Assembly (NCBI GenBank): GCA_041192805.1
Contig: JBEEMF010000011.1
Span: forward strand, 1,009 to 65,008
Direction: 5' to 3'
Source of the DNA: Bacteroidota bacterium
GTDB lineage: Bacteria; Bacteroidota; Bacteroidia; NS11-12g; UBA955
Length of the DNA: 64,000 bases
Position numbers and translations under genes: made by a program. Positions 10,267 through 20,100 of the stretch are shown piece by piece (position 1 is the stretch's first letter; each line of letters opens with the position of its first letter). A model generated the notes under the pieces. It was not told the DNA's origin, did no database searches, and saw nothing but the letters and a program-made list of their open reading frames with translations.

Positions 10267-10294
10267 ATGACGCGAAAAAGTCAATTGGTTGCAA
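10267..10294 (-). promoter_or_regulatory. ECF-sigma-type promoter TTGCAACCAAT-N11-CGTCAT upstream of the 1361-aa cargo gene
   Basis: The minus strand reads TTGCAACCAATtgactttttcgCGTCAT, ending 27 nt before ATG 10239. It matches 51582..51609 in sequence and spacing. No TAnnTTTG box in this gap. Confidence 0.5.
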
Positions 10295-10353
10295 GAAAAT
10301 TGATAAAAAATTTAATTTTTTTTACTTCTAATCGATGGTATTCAGCCCGAACT

Positions 10354-11193
10354 TTATTTACCGTTCATGGAATTTAGCAATTCCAACGAATTTTTATACT
10401 CCCGCACCGCCCTGAAAATGCCTAACGCAATCTTTTGCTGACCATCATTTGATTTCAAACTAATACGGTCCGTAGAGTTGGTTAAAAAACCGGTTTCTAC
10501 CAAAACACTTGGCATTGAAGTTTGCCACAAAACCAAAAATCCTGCTTGCTTAACACCTCGCGTTTTTATGGGGCTTAATTTGCTTGTATGACTTTCAATT
10601 CCACTAGCCAATTTCAAGCTTTGTTTCATAAACGCATTCTGCACTAAGCTGAATATAATATGTCCTTCCGGCGAATCTGGATCAAACCCGCCATACCTGG
10701 TGTTTTCCTTGTAATCAGACTCATAGGTGATTACGGCATTTTCACGCTTAGCAACCTCTAAATTCCCTTCAGACTTGTGTAACCCCATAAAATATGTTTC
10801 ACTACCCGCGGCTGCCTTATTGGGATTGGCGTTGCAGTGAATTGAAATAAATAAATCCGCCTGTCTATCATTCGCCAAATTGGGTCTTTCCCACAGTTTT
10901 AAGGATTTGTCCGTGGTTCTAGTAAATAAGACTTTTATCGATGGTAAACTGTCTTTCAAGAGTTTTCCCAATTTTAAAGCCACACCCAATGTCACATCCT
11001 TTTCAAAAATCTCGTTGTTGCCATTGCAACCGGGATCCAATCCACCATGACCCGCATCAATCACCAATGTATTCACAGAATTGCTTACCCTCACTTTTTT
11101 GGCGGCGGGTAAACATATCAAAAGTCCCAACGATAAACAAAAATGCATCGTCTGTTGAAGGCCTTTCCGCATGAATTTTAACATTTGTTTCAT
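10354..11193 (-). CDS. N-acetylmuramoyl-L-alanine amidase (Amidase_3 family)
   Basis: LVIDAGHGGLDPG, DLFISIHCNA and GFLVLWQTSMPSVLVETGFLTN motifs. The start is uncertain: in-frame ATGs at 11193, 11172 and 11148 all precede the signal-like MHFCLSLGLLICLPAA. The track start 11271 would overlap the divergent gene. Confidence 0.85.
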   Translation of the reverse strand: MKQMLKFMRKGLQQTMHFCLSLGLLICLPAAKKVRVSNSVNTLVIDAGHGGLDPGCNGNNEIFEKDVTLGVALKLGKLLKDSLPSIKVLFTRTTDKSLKLWERPNLANDRQADLFISIHCNANPNKAAAGSETYFMGLHKSEGNLEVAKRENAVITYESDYKENTRYGGFDPDSPEGHIIFSLVQNAFMKQSLKLASGIESHTSKLSPIKTRGVKQAGFLVLWQTSMPSVLVETGFLTNSTDRISLKSNDGQQKIALGIFRAVREYKNSLELLNSMNGK

Positions 11194-11249
11194 TCTTTCC
11201 TGTTGCATAACGCAATCATGGCAAACTTTTTGCCGAAATTCGCTGAAAA

Positions 11250-13856
11250 TTGTCAAACCGCGAACATTCATATCACCATAGATGCCTACAACAATTGTTA
11301 ACAGTTGTATTCACGCTTTGCTTGGGAAACCTCAATCCTTTATCAGCACAAGGAATTACGACAGCGTCCACAAAAAAAGACAGCTTAAGCAATCCGTCTC
11401 CTGCCAAAAAGGCAATTAACAACCCCATCCATTACGAAGCCTCAGATTCCATTATTTTAAGAATGGAGAACGGAAAAGCCTTACTATATAATAAAGCAAA
11501 GGTGGATATGGATGAAACCGAATTAAACGCGAACTATATAGAGGTAGCCTTTGCCAACAAAATCCTTTTCGCAAAGGGCAATATCGACTCTACGGGCAAG
11601 TACATCAATCAACCGATCTTTAAAGATGGGAACGATGCCTATACTTCCGATAGCTTGCGATACAACAACGAATCAAAAAAAGGAATGGTGTATGGCTTGT
11701 CGCTGACCCAAGACGAGGCGCATGTTCAACTTAAACAGGTAATGAAACAACCCGATGGAAGTTTGATGGGCAATTCCGGAAAGATTAGCACCTGCTCCGA
11801 CCCCCACCCCCATTTTTACCTGAACGCATCAAAAATCAAAGTCATTCCCAACAATAAAGTACTTTTTGGCGCCGCAAACCTGGTCCTGGCCGATATCCCT
11901 ACGCCCCTAGCGCTTCCATTTGGGATTGCTCCCATGAAAAAAGGACAACGCAATGGCCTAATCATGCCAAATCCGGGGTTTAACAATAGCAACAATAGTT
12001 TTTTTCTGTCCAACTTGGGTTATTATCAAGGCTTGGGAAAATTTGCCGATGCGCAGGTGAATTCCGACCTTTATTTTAATGGCGATTTCCGTATGGGCGT
12101 TACAACCAATTTTATCAAACGATATAAATACAGCGGCGCCCTCGCCGTAAATATGAGTCGTTTCGGCAACGGAACAGATCGTGCCAGTCCATTTTTCTCC
12201 AAAACGAACGACTTTTCTATCAATTCTCGATTTGGGCTCGACCGCAAATTACTTCCCGGGGTCACACTCAACGGAAACATTAACATCGTTACCGGAAATT
12301 ACAACAAACGAAATTCAAAAGACATTCAAACACTGTCGAAAAACGAATTTGTCTCCAGCGTAAATTATGGACAGAGCTTCCTAAAAAACAAGGTCAATTT
12401 GTCGGCCTCGGCCCGCCACACCCAAAACGTTCAAACGCACGATTTTCGATTGGAATTACCCAACGTCAATGTTGGTGTATCGAGCTTAACACCCTTTGCA
12501 AAAAAGAACGGATCAAATACAAAATGGTTCGAACAACTTAGACTATCGTATAATATGAATTTCACCAATTCATTGAATACTAAAGATACGTTAATATTTA
12601 GCGACAAATATAAAGACGTTCTCGCCACTATACAATCGGCCGTGAAGCATTCAATACCCTTGAGCACAAATATAAAATTGTTCAAAGGTGTGCTAAACGT
12701 GACCCCATCGGCTAACTACCAAGAGAAATGGCTATTTAAAGCAAACACTAAATCCATTGATCCATTAACAAAGAAATTAGTTTTAAAAGATACTAGTGGA
12801 TTTTTTAGATTAAATAATTATAGTTTTTCCACGGGAATAAGCACCAATATTTACGGCACATTTACAAACTTAAAATTGGGAAAAATTCGTTCCATTAGAC
12901 ATACAATCACCCCCAATGTAAACTTCAATTATCGTCCAGAAATTGACGGCTATGAAAGGGGTTGGAATCGGACTTACATCGATACATCTGGCAAGAATAT
13001 TGGCTATAGTTTGTTCGAAAAATATGGCGGTTCTGATTATATGCAACGAAAAGGCGGAGCGATAGGATTTTCACTGAGCAACAACCTGCAGGCTAAAAAA
13101 GTAATCGGAAAAGACACCACAGGGAAAGAGAAGTTGGAGAAAGCGAATCTAATCGACCAATTAATGATTAGTGGGAACTACGATCTGGCCGCTGATAGTT
13201 TGCAATGGAGCGATATCAACCTTGGATTCAACACAGTAATTGCAAAGCAGATAAGAATTGGAATCAACTCTGGCCTTAGCCCTTACTCATATGTGAATGG
13301 GCGCAAAATCAATACATTTTCGGCAGCCAATGGCGGGCCAATCTTACGATATCGCGGGGTAGATTTAAGTATCAATTCACGCATCACACCGGAATTATTT
13401 GGCGGAAAAAAATCGACAGAAAGTGTATCGTCTAAACTCACGAATCCACTAAAAACAGATGAAGCCGAATTGAGAATGGTACAATCTCAACCGTGGAATT
13501 ATTTCGATTTCAGTATTCCCTGGTCGATGAATTTCACCTACAATGTTGGCTACAATAACGAAATCGCAATTGCCAATAACAAGCTAACGAATCACAGGAT
13601 TTCAATCAACGGCGACATTAGCATCACCCAGGAATGGAAGATTGCCTACAGTACGGGTTATGATTTAAAAAGAAACATGATGGCCGGAAGCGAATTTTCG
13701 GTAGTAAGAAACCTTCACTGCTGGCAATTGGAATTTAAGTGGATCCCGAGCGGATATGCCAAAATGTGGCTATTTACACTGAGACCCAAGAGCCCATTAT
13801 TACAAGATTTGAAGTTAAATAAAAAGGTATTTAGCAATCCCGTATTGTTTCAATAA
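11250..13856 (+). CDS. lptD: Putative LPS-assembly outer-membrane protein (Bacteroidota LptD-like)
   Basis: 868 aa with a TTG start. Signal-like LLTVVFTLCLGNLNPLSAQG. OstA-like N-terminus (IHYEASDSIILRMENGKALLYNKAKVDMDETELNANYIEV). STCSDPHPHFYLNASKIKVIP...PTPLALPFGIAP block. Long beta-rich C-terminus ending HCWQLEFKWIPSG. Family assignment is from memory of the Bacteroidota LptD-like family. Confidence 0.6.
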   Translation: MSNREHSYHHRCLQQLLTVVFTLCLGNLNPLSAQGITTASTKKDSLSNPSPAKKAINNPIHYEASDSIILRMENGKALLYNKAKVDMDETELNANYIEVAFANKILFAKGNIDSTGKYINQPIFKDGNDAYTSDSLRYNNESKKGMVYGLSLTQDEAHVQLKQVMKQPDGSLMGNSGKISTCSDPHPHFYLNASKIKVIPNNKVLFGAANLVLADIPTPLALPFGIAPMKKGQRNGLIMPNPGFNNSNNSFFLSNLGYYQGLGKFADAQVNSDLYFNGDFRMGVTTNFIKRYKYSGALAVNMSRFGNGTDRASPFFSKTNDFSINSRFGLDRKLLPGVTLNGNINIVTGNYNKRNSKDIQTLSKNEFVSSVNYGQSFLKNKVNLSASARHTQNVQTHDFRLELPNVNVGVSSLTPFAKKNGSNTKWFEQLRLSYNMNFTNSLNTKDTLIFSDKYKDVLATIQSAVKHSIPLSTNIKLFKGVLNVTPSANYQEKWLFKANTKSIDPLTKKLVLKDTSGFFRLNNYSFSTGISTNIYGTFTNLKLGKIRSIRHTITPNVNFNYRPEIDGYERGWNRTYIDTSGKNIGYSLFEKYGGSDYMQRKGGAIGFSLSNNLQAKKVIGKDTTGKEKLEKANLIDQLMISGNYDLAADSLQWSDINLGFNTVIAKQIRIGINSGLSPYSYVNGRKINTFSAANGGPILRYRGVDLSINSRITPELFGGKKSTESVSSKLTNPLKTDEAELRMVQSQPWNYFDFSIPWSMNFTYNVGYNNEIAIANNKLTNHRISINGDISITQEWKIAYSTGYDLKRNMMAGSEFSVVRNLHCWQLEFKWIPSGYAKMWLFTLRPKSPLLQDLKLNKKVFSNPVLFQ

Positions 13857-13878
13857 ACCTATTTTTACTTCCGATTGT

Positions 13879-13886
13879 TAACTTTG
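13879..13886 (+). promoter_or_regulatory. -7 box TAACTTTG, 6 nt upstream of the peroxiredoxin ATG
   Basis: ttaactttg-cacatt-ATG. The box covers the track's TTG 13875 extension, which argues for ATG 13893. Confidence 0.45.
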
Positions 13887-13892
13887 CACATT

Positions 13893-14360
13893 ATGAGCAT
13901 TCAAATAGGATCAATAGCCCCCGATTTCACATTATTCAACAGTGAAAAACAAGAAGTTACTTTGTCTCAGTACTTAGGTAAATCTGTAGTATTGTTGTTC
14001 TACCCCCAAGCATTTACTGGTGTTTGTACAACTGAACTTTGCGGAATTCGCGACAACATGAACGTATACAGTTCGTTGAATGCTGAGATTCTAGCCATTT
14101 CTGTAGATTCAGTTTTCACTTTAGAAAATTGGAAAGAGCAACAAGGATTTAACTTTCAAATGTTAAGCGATTTCAACAAAACGGTGAGTATTGCTTACGA
14201 AACCATTTACGAGACTTTTGCATTTGGTATGAAAGGTGTTTCTAAAAGATCTGCGTTTGTTGTTGACCCGAAAGGCGTTTTGCAATACGTTGAAATCTTA
14301 GACAACGCCGGTGAAATTCCAAACCTTGATAAAATCAAAGAGGTTTTAGCCACTTTGTAG
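13893..14360 (+). CDS. Peroxiredoxin (AhpC/TSA-redoxin family)
   Basis: 155 aa. IGSIAPDFTLFNSEKQEVTLSQYLGKSVVLLFYPQAFTGVCTTELC, with the peroxidatic Cys in the FTGVCTTE context. Confidence 0.85.
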   Translation: MSIQIGSIAPDFTLFNSEKQEVTLSQYLGKSVVLLFYPQAFTGVCTTELCGIRDNMNVYSSLNAEILAISVDSVFTLENWKEQQGFNFQMLSDFNKTVSIAYETIYETFAFGMKGVSKRSAFVVDPKGVLQYVEILDNAGEIPNLDKIKEVLATL

Positions 14361-14369
14361 ATTTAAAGT

Positions 14370-14377
14370 TAAATTTG
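14370..14377 (+). promoter_or_regulatory. -7 box TAAATTTG, 4 nt upstream of ATG 14382
   Basis: TAAATTTG-aaga-ATG, 10 nt after the peroxiredoxin stop. Confidence 0.5.
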
Positions 14378-14378
14378 A

Positions 14379-14398
14379 AGAATGCGAGCTCGCATTCT
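14379..14398. repeat. Perfect 20-bp palindrome spanning the start codon
   Basis: agaatgcgag|ctcgcattct, with all ten pairs complementary. ATG 14382..14384 lies in the left arm. Confidence 0.9.
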
Positions 14399-15662
14399 AT
14401 TATCCTTTTTCATTTTCCTCATTGGCGGCAATCTTTGGGCGCAACGTACCGCGCATCCAGAGTTTTTGATGAAATATTATTTCACCGCCAATGAGCCTAT
14501 TAAGCAAAGTGTAACGCCCAGCGCTGATGTTTGGGGTCATACTTCGATGCGTTCTTTTAATTTTCGATGCTTTCCGAGTCCAAAATTCACAATCAACGGA
14601 GTTGAAAATGCGATGCCCTATTTGGAGTATCAGTCCAGCCCGCAGTTGGGGTTCGACACCATTCTACCCATCGAGGAACGCCTAGCATGCGGCCCATTTA
14701 TGTCGGCCAGCACCGAAATTACCAACATCGAATACAAAGAATTTTTGATAGATTCCGAATGGATGAAATTGAACGGTTACACAATCGGCCAGCTGTATCC
14801 GGACACACTAGTTTGGAAAGACATCCCTGCCACCGCAGAACGCAGCAGTGTAAAAAACCCCTTCCGAAATTACTATTTCCAGTCTACCAACTTCAACAAT
14901 TACCCTGTGGTGGGTATCAGTCAAATTCAAGCCAAAGCATTCTGCAATTGGCTTAAAACTAAAATCGAACAGAATCAAAGCAAACCGTCTAAGGAATGGT
15001 TATCCGCATTAAATCAAGAAGGATTAATCTTCGAAATTGATTTGCCAACTACCGCAGAATGGATGTATTTATATAAACAAGCCATTGAGATGCCTTTTGA
15101 AATGCAACGGAATGGAAAAGCAACGAAGAAGAATAAGGAGGTACCTCAAAGATTCTCGGGCATCCTTTTTTCAAAACCCAATAAGGGGAATGCGCTGTTA
15201 GATTTCGTGTTAAACAGAAATACCACAACACAATCCGTTGTATATCAAGGGATTTTCACCAATCGTGGCTATCAAATTTCAGAAATCGAAAATGCCAATT
15301 TGAGTCGTCCGATGCCCGTAAATGCCTTACTCCCTAAATCCTACGGACAGATTTCACATTTATTAGGCAACGTATCGGAATGGACATCTACGTCGGCTTA
15401 TGGACACCTTTATAATAGCAACACAACCATTCTAAACACGAATGGCCAACTCATTCCAAACCCTTATCAGCAACCAAACGTATTCGACTTAAGAGGTTAT
15501 TTGGTTGATGAAACCGCATTACGATCCCACTTCGCGATCAAAGGTGGATCGTGGGCCCAAGAGTTTCATTATTTAGATCCATCCGCGTTGCAATTTATGC
15601 AGTCCAACCACAGTAGCAATTATGTAGGGTTTCGCCCTGTGATACGTTTTTACAAAAAATAG
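14382..15662 (+). CDS. Secreted FGE-sulfatase (SUMF1/EgtB/PvdO) domain protein, GldJ/GldK-like fold
   Basis: 426 aa. Signal peptide MRARILLSFFIFLIGGNLWAQ. YPVVGISQIQAKAFCNWL, LLGNVSEWTSTSAYG and IKGGSWAQEFHYLDPS...YVGFRPV motifs. Confidence 0.75.
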   Translation: MRARILLSFFIFLIGGNLWAQRTAHPEFLMKYYFTANEPIKQSVTPSADVWGHTSMRSFNFRCFPSPKFTINGVENAMPYLEYQSSPQLGFDTILPIEERLACGPFMSASTEITNIEYKEFLIDSEWMKLNGYTIGQLYPDTLVWKDIPATAERSSVKNPFRNYYFQSTNFNNYPVVGISQIQAKAFCNWLKTKIEQNQSKPSKEWLSALNQEGLIFEIDLPTTAEWMYLYKQAIEMPFEMQRNGKATKKNKEVPQRFSGILFSKPNKGNALLDFVLNRNTTTQSVVYQGIFTNRGYQISEIENANLSRPMPVNALLPKSYGQISHLLGNVSEWTSTSAYGHLYNSNTTILNTNGQLIPNPYQQPNVFDLRGYLVDETALRSHFAIKGGSWAQEFHYLDPSALQFMQSNHSSNYVGFRPVIRFYKK

Positions 15663-15690
15663 TTCACAAATCGTCAATTTGACACATTTC

Positions 15691-15722
15691 GTCATTGTAT
15701 AATTGACACTGATTTATTTTTT
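15691..15722 (+). terminator. Weak hairpin plus T-run after the FGE-domain gene
   Basis: gtcatt-gtat-aattgac (imperfect stem), then gatttatttttt. AT-rich and bulged. Confidence 0.25.
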
Positions 15723-15778
15723 AATTATACTTCCGACCTATTCCCAATAAATTCCCAGAACTGCGAGTAACAATTGCT

Positions 15779-17014
15779 CTAGAGTCCTTCGATTTCGATT
15801 TCGTTGCGGATCAAATCAGCCAACTCCTCGCGTTTGCGAATCAAATGAGCCACGCCATTCTTTACCAAAACTTCTGGTGGTCTAAGTCTAGCGTTATAAT
15901 TGTTGCTCATCGAAAAACCGTAGGCGCCAGCATTTCGAATCCTTAAAATATCGCCCTCTCTTACTTCATTCAATTTGCGATCATAACCCAACGTATCCGT
16001 TTCGCAGATATAGCCCACCACACTGTAGAGTCGCTGCGTGCCTTCTTCGTTTGAAATATTCTCGATGAAGTGATACGCATCGTAAAACATCGGTCGAATC
16101 AAATGGTTCTGGCCTGAATCCACACCCACAAAAACGGTAGATGTTGTTTGTTTGATTACGTTTGCTTTCACCAACAACGAACCCGATTCACTCACGATGA
16201 ATTTTCCAGGTTCAAACCACAGTTCCAGTTCTTTGCCATAATCCTGACAAAACAATTTAAAGGCAGCCGCAATTTTATCTCCAATCTCCTCAATTTCTGT
16301 TACGATATCATCGGGTTTATACCCCACTTTAAAGCCACTACCAAAATCCATAAACGCTAAATCTTTAAAATCCTTGGCTGCATCAAAAAGCAACTCCGCA
16401 CCGCGCAAGAAAACATCACCGTCCAAAATATCACTTCCCGTATGCATGTGCAATCCATTCACTTTGATTTTCAAGGACTCCACCACACGAAGAACATGTC
16501 TCAACTGATAAATTGAGATTCCAAACTTAGAATCAATATGTCCCACCGAGATATGACTATGTCCACCAGCCATGATATGCGGATTCAACCGAATACAACA
16601 CGGAACGGTATTTCCATATTCGCTGCCAAACTGCTCTAAAATGGAAATGTTATCGATGTTGATATGGACACCGAGTTCAACCGCCGCCTTGATTTCATCA
16701 AAGTGCACGCAGTTGGGCGTATACATGATTTCATGGGGAGCAAACCCTGCTCTCAAGCCCAATTGTACTTCCTCTATGGAAACGGCATCTAAACCGGCAC
16801 CTTGAGATTTTAACAATCGCAAAATATTGACATTATTTAGGGCTTTCAGTGCATAATGCAATTTCACTTTTACCCCTGGAAACGCGTTTAGTAATCGTTT
16901 GTACTGTAATTCGATTTTTTCGGCATGGTACACATAAACCGGAGTGCCAAATTCTTCAGCAACCTGTCTTAACATTTCATTCGGCAATCCAATTCCCATT
17001 TTTCTCTTGCTCAT
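15779..17014 (-). CDS. lysA: Diaminopimelate decarboxylase
   Basis: 411 aa. TPVYVYHAEKI, the PLP-lysine context HYALKALNN, and HMHTGS, DFGSGF, EPGKFIV and GYICETDTL motifs. Confidence 0.9.
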   Translation of the reverse strand: MSKRKMGIGLPNEMLRQVAEEFGTPVYVYHAEKIELQYKRLLNAFPGVKVKLHYALKALNNVNILRLLKSQGAGLDAVSIEEVQLGLRAGFAPHEIMYTPNCVHFDEIKAAVELGVHINIDNISILEQFGSEYGNTVPCCIRLNPHIMAGGHSHISVGHIDSKFGISIYQLRHVLRVVESLKIKVNGLHMHTGSDILDGDVFLRGAELLFDAAKDFKDLAFMDFGSGFKVGYKPDDIVTEIEEIGDKIAAAFKLFCQDYGKELELWFEPGKFIVSESGSLLVKANVIKQTTSTVFVGVDSGQNHLIRPMFYDAYHFIENISNEEGTQRLYSVVGYICETDTLGYDRKLNEVREGDILRIRNAGAYGFSMSNNYNARLRPPEVLVKNGVAHLIRKREELADLIRNEIEIEGL

Positions 17015-17087
17015 ATTATTTAGTTTTATTCTTTTTGATTTTAATTATTCTATTTTTTGATTTGATATTTGCTCACTGACCCTTAAC

Positions 17088-17120
17088 AAAAAAGGCGGGG
17101 TGAATATCACCCCGCCTTTT
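17088..17120 (-). terminator. Rho-independent terminator after secDF
   Basis: 13-bp stem aaaaggcggggtg / caccccgcctttt with a 5-nt loop, 18 nt after the secDF stop. A T-run follows on the minus strand. Confidence 0.8.
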
Positions 17121-17138
17121 CAAAAGTTCGAAGTGTTA

Positions 17139-20100
17139 TTATTGAATCTGTTTCTTCTTAGAAGAAAAGTCAACTACGATTGGTGTTGCAATACATATTG
17201 AAGAGTAGGTACCAACGACTACACCGATCAACAAAGCCAATGAGAAGCCTTTCAACGCGTCTCCACCAAATAGGAACAATATCAAAACAACTACAAATAC
17301 GGTAGCTGAAGTAATAATGGTACGACTCAATGTATCATTAATCGCAGTATTGATTAACGCTTCATCGTTGCGATCTACACGTTTAGACGTCAAGAATTCA
17401 CGAATACGGTCAAATACAATTACCGTATCGTTAATTGAGTATCCTAACAAGGTCAACAATGCAGCAATCAAATTCTGATCAAAGTCTGTTGGGAAAGGAA
17501 CCACACCATCCAAAATGGCGAAGAACGACAATACCACCAACACGTCGTGAATCAAAGCTACTGTTGCACCCATACCATAAGCTATGCTTCTGAATCGGAA
17601 TACAATGTATAAGAAAATACCTACTACCGTTAAGATTACCAAGAATGCACTCTTGTCACGCGTACTAGTCGCAATGGCAGCACCCACCTTAGAAGAACTT
17701 AGGATTGGGTCGCCATCGGCCAACTTAAAGCCTTTCAATGCCGTCAAAACAGCGGTACGAACTGAGTCGCGACCTTCCTGCCCTTGTGCATCAATCATAT
17801 AGGTAGTAACCAATCGGAACTGACCTTGATTACCAAAAGTTTTTACTTCGTTGCTAGATCCTTTCATGGCGTTATCCAATGCCACTTTAATATCTTCAGT
17901 TTGATATTTCTTACTTGCATCAAATTGAACAACATAAGAATAACCCCCTTTGAAGTCAATACCCGTATTGATACCTCCTTTAGAAATAAATGCAATTAAT
18001 CCAACCAAGATAACAAACCCTGAAGCCATATAGTATTTCTTACGGTTTGATACGAAATCAATATTAGAATTCTTTAAGAAGCTCTTGTTCCAAGGTGCGT
18101 CAAAACTAATTTCTAAGCCCTTATCTGCACGACGATCCAACAACAAACGAGTGATGAACAACGCCGTAAACATTGAACTAAAGATACCAATTACCAAGAT
18201 GATCGCAAATCCATAAGCAGGACCCGCACCAGCAAATGTCAAAATGAATCCCGCCAACAAAGTAGTAATGTTAGAATCCACAATGGCGCTCATCGCATGT
18301 TTAAATCCATCTGCAATGGCAGTCTTCATTCCTTTGCCCGCAGCTAATTCATCTTTAATACGCTCGTAAATCAACACGTTCGCATCTACCGCCATACCCA
18401 CAGTCAAGATGATACCGGCCATACCAGGCAATGTCAATGCTGCACCCATACTGGCCAATACTCCCATAATCAAGAATACGTTACCCAATACCGCAACAAT
18501 TGCCATCCAACCCGCACGGCTGTAATACAACACCATGAATAATATAGTAGTGATAAAACCGAACAACAATGAATTCAAGCCACGGTCGATAGAATCTTGA
18601 CCCAATGATGCACCCACTTGTTCGCTCGCTACAATTTTCGCTGGAGCAGGCAATTTACCCGCCTTCAATACGTTTGCCAAGTCATTGGCTTCACGGATAT
18701 CAAAGTTTCCAGTAATTTGACTGTTACCACCGCTAATTTTTTGATTTACTACTGGAGCAGAATAAACGCGCTCATCCAAAACAACCGCAATGTATTTGCC
18801 GATGTTTCTTCCTGTTACTTGCGCCCACTGTGTTCCTGCCTTAGAGGTCATTTCCATAGAAACTTCCAATTCACCTGTTGGTGAAGTATTTACACGCGCG
18901 TCAGAAATAATATTATCATCTTCAGCAGAAAGCGCAGCGTTTCCGTCGCGATCCAACTTCAAGAAATAAACAAAATACTCATCTGAATTCACTGCTTCTT
19001 TCCCATCCGCATTGAAATCACGAGGTTTTGCACTGTAAGCCACTTTTGCATTTTCTACACGCAATACTGAAGTGTAACGCTCATCTTCCAACATTTTGCC
19101 CAAAACTGCACGATCTGCCTTTTTTACAACTGCAATCGCCGAACCTGGACCATCGTTTCCAAATGACTTTAACACTTTAGCCAAAGGACTTCCGTTTGCT
19201 TCGTCCTTCTTTGCGTCTTTTTTCTTATTGTCTGCAACCTTAGGACTATCAGCAACTGCCGCCGTCGTTGTTGCCGCTGGGGTCGCCAAAGCTACCGGTG
19301 CCGCCGCCGCGTTCACTAAGCCAGAATCCATTGACGCTGAATCAGGAACTTCGGTAACAGGCGCAGCCGACATTTTGCTTGCTTTGTATAAGGCATTTAA
19401 GATACGAGTACCATCTCTACGCTGACCGTCGTTTCCGTATACTTCATAAAACTCCAATTTAGCACTCTTCTCAACCAATTCTTCCATTCTACGTGGGTTG
19501 TCGACACCAGGCAATTCTACACTGATACGACCTCCGTCGATTTTCTGAATGGTAGGCTGCGTAACGTTTGATTGGTTGATACGTTTTTCAACGACTTCGT
19601 ATACGCGATCAACCGCACTTTTGGTTTCAACATCCAAGTAATTCAAAACCTCGCCTTCAGAACTATTGCTCTGAATTACACCTTTGTTGCCTTTAGCAAA
19701 CAAATTAGCCATATTTCGGCTTGGGCTATTTTTCTTAAAACTGGCAACGAAAGCTTTTACGAAATCTGCACCATTGTCGCGAACTGCAACATTGGCTTCA
19801 TCAATGGCACGATTTAAATCGCGATCCTTTGAATCGTTGGAAAGCACCTTAACAACAGCGCCTTTATCCACTTCCAAGATTACGTTCATTCCACCGCGCA
19901 AATCCAAACCTAAGTTGATTTCACGCTGTTTACATTCAAAGTAGGTGAACCCTGCGATTCCCACACTGTAAATTTCTTGATTGCCTAAACTGTCGATGTA
20001 ACGGCGATAAGCTTCTTTGTTATCTCCACCTTTTTCAGCAGCTTTTGCGGCAAATGCTTTTGCCTCTTTTTCAAATCCTTGGGCTTTCCAAGTAAACGAC

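Noticed and set aside
15663-15778. Repeated tcgtca...a(t/a)ttgacac elements and gtcaatttgac quasi-palindromes between the convergent FGE-domain and lysA genes
   Set aside because: The stems are short (4-6 bp), AT-rich and bulged. They are at most weak terminators, and there is no evidence for a small RNA or a mobile-element end.
17015-17087. Possible lysine riboswitch upstream of lysA
   Set aside because: Only about 73 nt lie between the secDF terminator and the lysA ATG. The region is A-rich and unstructured on the coding strand, far shorter than an L-box.
19180-19400. Ala/Thr/Lys-rich low-complexity segment inside secDF, and the 109-aa antisense ORF 19096..19425
   Set aside because: It is an in-frame disordered insert in the SecD periplasmic head region. 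The reading frame is intact, so there is no frameshift or insertion element.
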